The position numbers and the translations under genes are program-made. Positions 56,501 through 64,000 of a stretch of DNA of 64,000 bases are shown in pieces. Origin of the DNA: a virus (lineage: Duplodnaviria > Caudoviricetes); the IMG/VR virus record IMGVR_UViG_3300026311_000012, positions 1 to 64,000 of that record; one strand, 5' to 3'. A model generated the notes under the pieces. That model was not told the origin of the DNA. It made no database searches and was given only the letters and a program-made list of their open reading frames with translations. The first letter of the stretch is position 1. Each line of letters starts with the position of its first letter.

Positions 56501-57590
56501 TATCATCAAATGTCATAGTCATATCTTCTCTAAGAGTAGTATTCTTTATGGCTGCTTGTAATAATCTAATACGTTGTTGTACTTTAGGAATGTCGTCTTT
56601 AGGAACTTTCTTTTCGTCAAGAGCTTTACGTAATTTTGATAATTGTGATATTTGATTTGTGATAAGCTTATTAAGTCCTTCAAATCTTGTTTTTTCACCA
56701 ACAGGTAGTTGTGATAAAAATGGAGACATTGTCTCACTTGCTTCAACTTTTACAAGTCTATTTCCAAATGTATTACCTTCAGACTTCTTTTCAGACGGGA
56801 GTCTATTAAATTCAATATATACTGGTACTAGTCTATTTTGTCTTATTCCTTTAACATTATTTCTTTCAGTAAGAGTTTCTGCATAACCTTCCATAGCTAC
56901 ATCATAAGACGATACAGTATCATATGTTATAAGATCAGAAATAATTCCATAAGAACCATCTTCTCTGTATCCTGTTTTAACATAACCAGACTCTTTATCG
57001 TATGCTGCTCGTGTTTTATAATCATATTGTGCTCCTGTACCATCAGAAAATAATGCGAATAAATCAATAGTACCCCCTGTATTAGTAATAGGGTCTAAGA
57101 CAAATAACTCAGGATGTATAATAGCTTTTCCTTTTGGGTCTATACCTTTTTGAATTTCTTCTATTTGAGATATCATTTCTTTAGCAAGTCGTTGAAGAGC
57201 TTCAAATCCTAATTTAGGCATACCAAAAGATCCTTCAAATGCCTTTTTTTCAATACTAGACATTGAACCTTTTTTATTATAATAGAAGTCTACAAGATCG
57301 CTAAGAATTTCATGAATTTCTACTCCAGCTACACGACCTTTTTCATTATCTTCTGTTAATGACCTAAGTTTTAAACCCTTTTTCCTTTTAGCTACTTCTG
57401 ATCTACGGTATTTAACAGCTATATCATCAAATAAAAAATACTTCTCATCTACTTTAGAATGAGCATTATGTACAGATAACAATTGATCATAGATTTCTTG
57501 TTGAGAAAGACTTTTATTTTTCTCAAAAATTAACCCACGATTTCTTATAGCATTGTTAACTTTTGTTTTTGATAGTGGTTCGCAACCCAT
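53508..57590 (-). CDS. Large virion-delivered (cargo) protein
   Basis: 1360 aa after the RNAP gene; N-terminal GTID...YDYKT nuclease-like motif; hydrophobic segment near the C-terminus. Confidence 0.65.
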   Translation of the reverse strand: MGCEPLSKTKVNNAIRNRGLIFEKNKSLSQQEIYDQLLSVHNAHSKVDEKYFLFDDIAVKYRRSEVAKRKKGLKLRSLTEDNEKGRVAGVEIHEILSDLVDFYYNKKGSMSSIEKKAFEGSFGMPKLGFEALQRLAKEMISQIEEIQKGIDPKGKAIIHPELFVLDPITNTGGTIDLFALFSDGTGAQYDYKTRAAYDKESGYVKTGYREDGSYGIISDLITYDTVSSYDVAMEGYAETLTERNNVKGIRQNRLVPVYIEFNRLPSEKKSEGNTFGNRLVKVEASETMSPFLSQLPVGEKTRFEGLNKLITNQISQLSKLRKALDEKKVPKDDIPKVQQRIRLLQAAIKNTTLREDMTMTFDDIVKLLEEVQIALRQPETNPDGSKNIHYPSYGEMLKYLEWLSVYANISDQTQTYFADLKKTNPEEFKKIDARFIKIDNRIGRYSYEVSKRIQEMIMSEMKTSMYNPDGSLKTLEELKWLDSRTLHFSEIDNPIFKEAWKLIQSYQYDKKKEFEKITKEVWSITEELFKWANANNIDRMSAYRKLINPENGALHSKLNKEFRQTLYDLFHDPTKISYQKSKEIYQIKDKEKQAKEYAELLEEKKKELKAKNNNLEDLEEDGEITTSAEVFKTRYEDQLRKWIESNDLSLNSAWTNKYTIRRWCEIKPEIFEKNLSEEYKYIKANKALSDYYDMWTKYIPILTKKIGMSPYEDIRPEFIPNVRKEIIEHFAKDGLHFGAAINEFMDSFNTREDDSYLTEIDETTGEPVKKIRIMYLNPFRDKDGNIDNERKSYDLTASLLMFTEMALNYEHVNNIEPKIRAIKLLLAHPISEYEKLAVTDQRGKPVKGKIQEFLTKKGFNTDTYRLLEDFTDFYMYGIKYKVKSLSENYNTTKALVKIKNYHGIVRLGFAVIPAAGALTAGKIGTYFESKKGISYDEKQWRQAQWELITHPKKYLASIEYFDPYNDDAYERTFRAKSATAKRKLISERAAFWPLREADKKIMNHITVAMMHNFGVDSEGNIERLNRPGVDASLYTPIAEAFEVDPATGEVKINMTKEAFISFRNAIKTTASGVIGNMNPEDISATDISLTQNIMMQFKTWMPGVVRERTGKLRFDDDLRAMRWGRFAALVDQFKRYDLTEEDVKFTAQMFKFTKKVLIPEIGKLVADLTTFGLLNKYGVFGFERVNRERALLKYQNWLAQNPDMIDKTTFEDFLEVKQGQMKAVLVELRVILGFIGLIVLLGGEGDDGEKRYMSNIFTRNLYKILTKAESELAFMWTPSEFLKLVANPVPIASLLSLTEKSIRNFSDEMRDWARGENSPQDKTPSFYYFMQWIPGGSQLGRVFEIFDEYKKSPYTPVIAQ

Positions 57591-57601
57591 ATTAATTTAT
57601 T

Positions 57602-60600
57602 TTATATTCCACAAGCAATTTCAACATGACCGTAAAGAGTAGCTTCAAGTAAAGCTATTTTTTCATTTTCGTTTCTCCATGATTCATTAGGAAAAAGAGT
57701 ATCAAAATTAGCTAATAAAGATGGCATATCTAAAGTATCAATTTCTTTTGAAAATTCATCTATATTTTCATTTGTTTGTTTTACTTGTTCAATATCACTT
57801 GTAATTTCTTCTTTAGTGTTAACAAGTAATTCATCTATTTTATTATTAAGAATATCATAAGCAACTTTAGCATATGGATCGGATATTCTTTTATTAAACA
57901 AGTTTTTAATCCAATTCCAAAGAATATTCCACCATGTTTTAGCCTGCTGTTCTAATCTTTCATTAGCTGAATATTGATTAATTATTTGTTTTGCTATAAC
58001 TTGCCCAATAGCCTCAGTTCTAAATTCTTCATCTGTTGTATATACATCTTTATATTTCTCTTTAACTTCACCATATATAGGATGATTAACAATATTAGTC
58101 ATCATTGATTTATACAGTCCTGTTGTTTTATCTAAAAGATGTACATAAAAATGAGCAGCTTCTTCAGGAAGAGTTTGAATATTCATTTCTCCTTCAAGAA
58201 CTTTAACTGTCATATTTGTAAGATCTGATATAGCAATAGCTGTTTTATCTCCAAACTTATTCTTAAGAACTTTAGTTTCTTCAAATGTAACATTTAGTTT
58301 ATTAAGAAAATCTTTCATTTTATTATCAAGCTCTGTTACATTTTCTTCAGATATATCAGAATTTAATAATTGATAATTTTCTTTAGCTTCATTAAATTGA
58401 GCATTTATATTATCTATTTCATCAAAAACGGTTGTAACACCTCTGGTTTCTATTAATTTTCCTAAACCTATTAAAAGCCTTATATCACTTAATTTAAATA
58501 AGTCTGTTGATAAACCACTTAATGATCCTGATTTAAAATCAACAACAAATTTACCTTTACTATGCTCTATTGTATACCTTCCAGTATTAGTTTTTACTTT
58601 AGCCCAATCTAAGGCTGCAGACATTTGTCTAGTAAATTCTGTACTACCTCCCAAATATATTTTTATGTCTTTAATATTATCTAAAACATATTTCATATCT
58701 TCATTTCTTGTATCTTCTGAAACATTTGTTGGATTAAAATTAGTATTAGGACCAATATCTTCAGAAATCTGGACAGAACTCATTTTTTGTTTAGTATTAA
58801 TATAATCGTTTTCAGTTAATATACTTGGTGGAGAATCAGGAAATGTTCCTATTGTGTCATAATATTCAGCAGGTGAAACTGCATCTGTATAATATTCAAG
58901 AAATCTAAAGCCATCTCCAAGCTTGTTTACTCTACGATAAATCGCCATAGGTGAATTATATTTTGGATCAGGATCAGTCATTCTAACAAATTCAAATAAC
59001 ACATGCTCTACAGGTACTTTTCTATTAAATCTAGTCTTAGCCTTGTATTCAGCATAAGGTGTTTCAATCCTGACATTTACATATCTTGCACCAACATTTC
59101 TACTTAAGTACATTTTAATATTACCATCTTTATCTTCTACTTGATTAGATATTACTAATCTACCATCTTTTGTTTTTTCTGCAAATTTATGATGTTTAGG
59201 TACAAAATTGATATCATTACTATTAACTTTTCCAAATTGATTTGCAAAACCAAGCATTAATTCTTCTACGTTTGGTCTATTAAAAAATTCAATAATATAA
59301 TTATCCATTTCAGAAATATACTTAGAAGATGGAAGATATCTGGCATATGATATAGGAGAATCACTTAATCCATTCTGAATAAGACCTAACTCATAAATAC
59401 CCATGCCTAATTTACGAATCTCTTCTATTGAAGAGTTCATCATCATTTCTATAGCATTTGTAAGGTCATTTTCTTCAGAAATATCATGTCTTTTAGTAAA
59501 TGTAGTTATATAAGAATTATCTCTAGTCTTACCAGTTGTATTAGAAAACTCATTTATAACAGGACGAAGTATTTTAACAAGAGCTGGATTTAATACACCT
59601 TTTTTTCTAAGAGCATTAAATCTATTTGGAATACTATCTTTGCCAAGTAACAATTTTTTATATACAGTTCTTTGGAGATTAACATCACCATTATACTTAA
59701 TCGTCATATAAATGTATTGGTAAAAATCATTTTCTACTTTAGTTAATGCTTTTTCCATACTTTTTGCATCTCTTCTTATATTGAATGATGGATTTCTTGG
59801 ATTATTTAATACATCTGCCATCATTTTTTGAAATAAGGCCCTTCTCGTCTCATCTGAGAGAATATAAGAACTCCATTGATACATTCTTCCACTTTCATAA
59901 TAAGTGTCTAAAAACGCATTTAAATAGGATTCTCGATTATATTTTATAATATCTGAAACATTAAATATCTTAGAATCTAAATTAAAATAACCATCTAACT
60001 TACTATTCATAGAAGTTATACTTTTTGGAAAAGCTGCCGAAGCATCAAATCTCAAATATTTCTGCAAACGTACTTCTTCCATAGCTGCACGTTGATAAAT
60101 AAGAAAGTTATCAAGTATTTGTACAGCATTTTCAGGATTATCCATATCTGCTTCTGAAAGATATTTGTAATTAAGCTTTTCTAATTTTTCATTAAACTCA
60201 TTTTCTGCTTTTCCTCTAGCGTCTGTAGAAGATGAATATATATATTTTTCAAAAGAATTATACAATAGCTCTTTTCCTATATCTTTTATTTTTCCAGAAG
60301 AATACTTTTTAACCAGATCTGATATAATAGTTGCTTTAGAGTTATATATTCCTTTTGAGTCTTTTTTAGAATATGTGTTATTATTATAACCAATAGAATT
60401 AGATATAGATAACTCTCTTAAATATTCTCTAATAATTGGGGCATTTAAGAATTTAGCTATAGTTCTTAGACCAACTCCTTTATTTGTTCCAGTCTTATTA
60501 AGAAATGAATATATTGAATATATATTATTATCACTTAATAATGAGAATATATATGGGTCTTTAACAGCATCCACAGCAGCAACAAGAAACTGTCCATAAT

Positions 60601-63600
60601 TATCATATATTGGGTAACCATTTGTATCAACAGTGTGCCCATTAGTGTAATTACCTCCCTCTTGTTCTTTAAAAAACAAACGTAATAATGGATTATTTAT
60701 TTGTATAGGAAATTCTTGAGTTTTATTATTAACAGAACTAGCGGAAGCAATATATGCAACAAGACTTTTGCTTGCTTGAAATTCTTTAAATTTCCTTGCG
60801 TTATACCAAAACTCAGTTAAATATTGAAGATCTTCGTTTACATTGTCTTCCTTTTTATCTAATTCAGATTTTTTTCTATTTTTTGCTATTTCTTCAGCTA
60901 TATTTTTGAGTTCCGTAGATTCATGAGGACGTAAAAGGATCTCCTTACGTTCTGGCATCATCAACATTTTATAATTTATCTCATTAAATCTATTTTCTAT
61001 AGCTCGTTGTGTGTTTTGTTGTATAATAGAAAGTTTTTTAAACTCTTCTAATGTCATTGTTTGACGAGACCCAATAGGTAAATCTTTAAATATACCTGAT
61101 ACTCTATCAAGTATTTCATCTTCCTTTATTAATTCAGGATCATAATATGCTTCATATCGTTGCTCTACTGTAGAATTACTATCATCAAGATATTCTATAT
61201 ATTTAAGACCTTTTTTAGTAATTTTTACATTATTAAGATATGTAAAAAGTTTATCAATGTCAAAGTCGGATGATGTTTTAATAACAATGTCATAAGGAAG
61301 AATAATTCTTGGGCCTGCATGATATGGTAAAAACTTTTTAACTCTTACAGCTTCAAGAGTATTGGGAGCAGCAGTAGGAATACGATTTGCAGTAAAGGTA
61401 AGAATTCTTTCATCTATTTTACCTTCTTCTATCATTTTATTTAAAACATCTATTCCACCTATGCTTTCTACGTACTCAACCCATCTTTCTGGAATTGGCA
61501 CCATAATTTCCATAGGTTTCCCCTTATCATATCCAAAATCAAGAACAGGCTCACCATTATCAGAATATATCCACGATGATTCTTGTGCATACATTTCCCC
61601 ATTTACTTTAAATGCAATAGCCCTCTTTTTGGGTAACGCCATAAGCATAGACTCTACCTGTTTTTTTGTTATAAGAATATCTATAGATTTACTTTCAGAG
61701 TCAAGCACTTGAACTATACCATCGGCAACACTATCTGGCATAAGTCTGCTTTCAACCATATTTATAAGAGACTCTTTAAATATATCTACATTTTCTAAAT
61801 AATAATTTCCATCTTCAGTTATCCCTAAGCCAAAATCTTTTTTAAGTCTTTCAATTTGTCCACTTGTTAAAGCAGCAATTATATCTTTATGCTCTTGTCT
61901 AAGAGAAAGAACATCTGTATTTTTATATTTATCTAATAATTGCCCTTTGTCATGAGTTTCAACAAATAAAACTCTATTCATCTGAGTAGACTTGGTAATT
62001 CTTTGTTTATCTTCAGTGTTCATATCTGATTGAATACCAAAGTCATCAAATAAAGTAACATTGATAGGAGATTCTTTAGTTATGACCCCATACTTCCCAG
62101 ATGAAATATATGTCTCTTTTTGAACAGTTGAATCTCCAAATACATCAATATTATTAGCAAGAGCTGATAGATATATTTTTAACGAATTTCTTGGCAAAAT
62201 AGAAGGTATCAATGGAGCAACAGAGCATTTCTGAATAGTAGGTGCAAATAGATTAGTTGCATTTTGCTCTGCTCCAACACCCAGAGGTTTAATAGTAGTG
62301 ATAGTAGCCCTATTTTTAGCCATTATCTTTTCTCCTTTAAACATAGGAACATCCGGAATTGATTGATTAGTATGCTCAGAGAATATACCTGTATAAAACA
62401 TATTTTCTATATCTTCTCTAGTTCTTTCAGCAGCTTCTAATAAATCTTCATTTCCTTCTTTTAATAAAGTAAGTGCTAATAATTGAGACTCATACTGGTA
62501 ACTATTTTCCAGATTATCATTCCACAGACCTTGACGTATTTTAATAGTACGAGCAAACTCAAGTGTAGACCATAACTGACCATCAGCTACACTCATTTTT
62601 CTATTTTTATATGCACTACTATAGCGTATAATTTCATTCCATACTATACCATTGATTTGTTGTTTATGACTACCAAATGCTTGAGGATAATATTTATTAG
62701 CTAACGCTATTGTAGAAGAATCATTTGGGAGTTTAGTTCTAGTAGATGTATGTGAAGTTATACGTTTATGAAAATCTTTTGCGTTTTTAAAAAAAGCTAT
62801 ATCTCCAAGATATATCTTAAGTTGTTCTTGCGACCCAATAAAATAATTATATGCATGACGCATTAATAGTGAATTGATAGCACTATTATTTAAAGTTTTA
62901 TCGCTAGATACTGAAATTCCGAGATTCTTAAGTGTTTCAAAACTTATACCTTGAGCTTTATATTTACCATCTCCTACACGATTAATTAGTTTCCATTCCA
63001 TTAACTCTTGTAAGTTATTTGACATAAGTTCGTCAATATAATTATTAAGAGCTTCTGTGATTTCTGTAGAATAAGTATCTAAATAACTCTGAGTGTACTC
63101 TTTTATTTTATCTAGAGTTTTTCCACGCTTACCAGCCAAGAATTCTTCTATAGGTTGTATGTTTTTATTTAAGAATGAAAAAACTCTTAATTTTTTGGCA
63201 TTCTCTTTATAATTCTCATATTTACCACCAAATTTATCAGCATCCCTAATAAGAGCTACAGAAGTAATAACTTCATCATATAAATAATCATTAAGAGCTT
63301 TGATAAACATTTCTCTAGTAATGGTTTCTTCATTTGGCATAAACTTTATACCATATTCAGGACCTCTATCACCAGCTCTAAGCACAGGAATTATATTATT
63401 TAATATAGCATCAGTGGTCATCATAAGATAATCAAAATGCTCTTCATCCTTTAAATCTGTACCATCATCTTTTCTACTTTTTACTCCAAGTAATTTTATT
63501 ACAGATATTTTGTTGTATGCATTACCAGCCTTTTTATTACGTTTTGCTTCTTGGATAGCTTCATAAAATTTGCTATGTGATGTAAATAAATTACCTGTAC

Positions 63601-64000
63601 CATCTTTTGATAATGGAACAATATGTTGTAAATTTTTAGGAACGGTTTCTTCCCCACTTTCAATATATGAATTTATTCTATCTGATACTTCATGATAGTG
63701 AGAACCTCTACTTACTCCATATTCAAGATTTCCTTTAATTGTCAAATGGGTAAGATCTGAGTCATTAATGTAATCCTTTGTTGAATCATGAAGCATTGCG
63801 TCTAATTCTTTTTGATTTTCAATGCGATCTCTATTATAGAAATCATTTATGTAAATATCGCCAAGATCAGATCTTGATAATTCCTCTTTTAACCTACTAC
63901 CATATTGTACATACACATTATCAGAAGTAGTATTATAAGGAGGATTAACAATCATTCCTAATTGTTCAAGAACTATTTTAAGCTTTGTAGTAGTTTTTTC
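57602..64000 (-). CDS. Virion RNA polymerase (crAss-type), 5'-truncated by the window
   Basis: Catalytic DFDID at about 61253..61267 after NRIP; frame open to base 64000; EEAAH zincin-like C-terminal region. Confidence 0.85.
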   Translation of the reverse strand, partial: EKTTTKLKIVLEQLGMIVNPPYNTTSDNVYVQYGSRLKEELSRSDLGDIYINDFYNRDRIENQKELDAMLHDSTKDYINDSDLTHLTIKGNLEYGVSRGSHYHEVSDRINSYIESGEETVPKNLQHIVPLSKDGTGNLFTSHSKFYEAIQEAKRNKKAGNAYNKISVIKLLGVKSRKDDGTDLKDEEHFDYLMMTTDAILNNIIPVLRAGDRGPEYGIKFMPNEETITREMFIKALNDYLYDEVITSVALIRDADKFGGKYENYKENAKKLRVFSFLNKNIQPIEEFLAGKRGKTLDKIKEYTQSYLDTYSTEITEALNNYIDELMSNNLQELMEWKLINRVGDGKYKAQGISFETLKNLGISVSSDKTLNNSAINSLLMRHAYNYFIGSQEQLKIYLGDIAFFKNAKDFHKRITSHTSTRTKLPNDSSTIALANKYYPQAFGSHKQQINGIVWNEIIRYSSAYKNRKMSVADGQLWSTLEFARTIKIRQGLWNDNLENSYQYESQLLALTLLKEGNEDLLEAAERTREDIENMFYTGIFSEHTNQSIPDVPMFKGEKIMAKNRATITTIKPLGVGAEQNATNLFAPTIQKCSVAPLIPSILPRNSLKIYLSALANNIDVFGDSTVQKETYISSGKYGVITKESPINVTLFDDFGIQSDMNTEDKQRITKSTQMNRVLFVETHDKGQLLDKYKNTDVLSLRQEHKDIIAALTSGQIERLKKDFGLGITEDGNYYLENVDIFKESLINMVESRLMPDSVADGIVQVLDSESKSIDILITKKQVESMLMALPKKRAIAFKVNGEMYAQESSWIYSDNGEPVLDFGYDKGKPMEIMVPIPERWVEYVESIGGIDVLNKMIEEGKIDERILTFTANRIPTAAPNTLEAVRVKKFLPYHAGPRIILPYDIVIKTSSDFDIDKLFTYLNNVKITKKGLKYIEYLDDSNSTVEQRYEAYYDPELIKEDEILDRVSGIFKDLPIGSRQTMTLEEFKKLSIIQQNTQRAIENRFNEINYKMLMMPERKEILLRPHESTELKNIAEEIAKNRKKSELDKKEDNVNEDLQYLTEFWYNARKFKEFQASKSLVAYIASASSVNNKTQEFPIQINNPLLRLFFKEQEGGNYTNGHTVDTNGYPIYDNYGQFLVAAVDAVKDPYIFSLLSDNNIYSIYSFLNKTGTNKGVGLRTIAKFLNAPIIREYLRELSISNSIGYNNNTYSKKDSKGIYNSKATIISDLVKKYSSGKIKDIGKELLYNSFEKYIYSSSTDARGKAENEFNEKLEKLNYKYLSEADMDNPENAVQILDNFLIYQRAAMEEVRLQKYLRFDASAAFPKSITSMNSKLDGYFNLDSKIFNVSDIIKYNRESYLNAFLDTYYESGRMYQWSSYILSDETRRALFQKMMADVLNNPRNPSFNIRRDAKSMEKALTKVENDFYQYIYMTIKYNGDVNLQRTVYKKLLLGKDSIPNRFNALRKKGVLNPALVKILRPVINEFSNTTGKTRDNSYITTFTKRHDISEENDLTNAIEMMMNSSIEEIRKLGMGIYELGLIQNGLSDSPISYARYLPSSKYISEMDNYIIEFFNRPNVEELMLGFANQFGKVNSNDINFVPKHHKFAEKTKDGRLVISNQVEDKDGNIKMYLSRNVGARYVNVRIETPYAEYKAKTRFNRKVPVEHVLFEFVRMTDPDPKYNSPMAIYRRVNKLGDGFRFLEYYTDAVSPAEYYDTIGTFPDSPPSILTENDYINTKQKMSSVQISEDIGPNTNFNPTNVSEDTRNEDMKYVLDNIKDIKIYLGGSTEFTRQMSAALDWAKVKTNTGRYTIEHSKGKFVVDFKSGSLSGLSTDLFKLSDIRLLIGLGKLIETRGVTTVFDEIDNINAQFNEAKENYQLLNSDISEENVTELDNKMKDFLNKLNVTFEETKVLKNKFGDKTAIAISDLTNMTVKVLEGEMNIQTLPEEAAHFYVHLLDKTTGLYKSMMTNIVNHPIYGEVKEKYKDVYTTDEEFRTEAIGQVIAKQIINQYSANERLEQQAKTWWNILWNWIKNLFNKRISDPYAKVAYDILNNKIDELLVNTKEEITSDIEQVKQTNENIDEFSKEIDTLDMPSLLANFDTLFPNESWRNENEKIALLEATLYGHVEIACGI

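Noticed and set aside
54741-61712. Short ORFs inside the cargo and RNAP genes
   Set aside because: Antisense or out-of-frame shadows with no motifs.
1-64000. Stop-codon reassignment (seen in some crAss-like phages)
   Set aside because: Long genes are intact in the standard code, TAG and TGA both end genes, and I found no suppressor tRNA.

Overview
An AT-rich 64 kb slice of a crAss-like phage (Crassvirales-type) genome. Bacteroidota-type TAnnTTTG promoters point to a Bacteroidota host, and the standard genetic code is used. There are three blocks. (1) 1-18.7 kb, minus strand: the virion/packaging module (major capsid, scaffold, portal, TerL with a class 3 LAGLIDADG intein, IHF-like, Hsp20- and GroES-like chaperones, nucleotide enzymes). 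(2) 19.2-53.4 kb, plus strand: early/middle genes. These include many small proteins, 5 tRNAs, a visibly GC-richer foreign island after tRNA-Gln with an attC-like cassette, replication genes (helicase, AAA ATPase, SSB, primase, PolB, class II RNR, resolvase, exonuclease) and a phiEco32-type peptide-ligase/amidoligase cluster. (3) 53.5-64 kb, minus strand: giant virion-delivered proteins, including the DFDID RNA polymerase, which runs off the window. The most unusual observations are: at least 13 small, mostly unrelated accessory proteins that all end in the same hydrophobic-K-hydrophobic-hydrophobic-stop tail (KLKIL-type); a 15-bp box at near-fixed spacing upstream of three late promoters; candidate structured ncRNAs beside the tRNAs; and an integron-like cassette. 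All calls come from reading motifs by eye; no searches were run.
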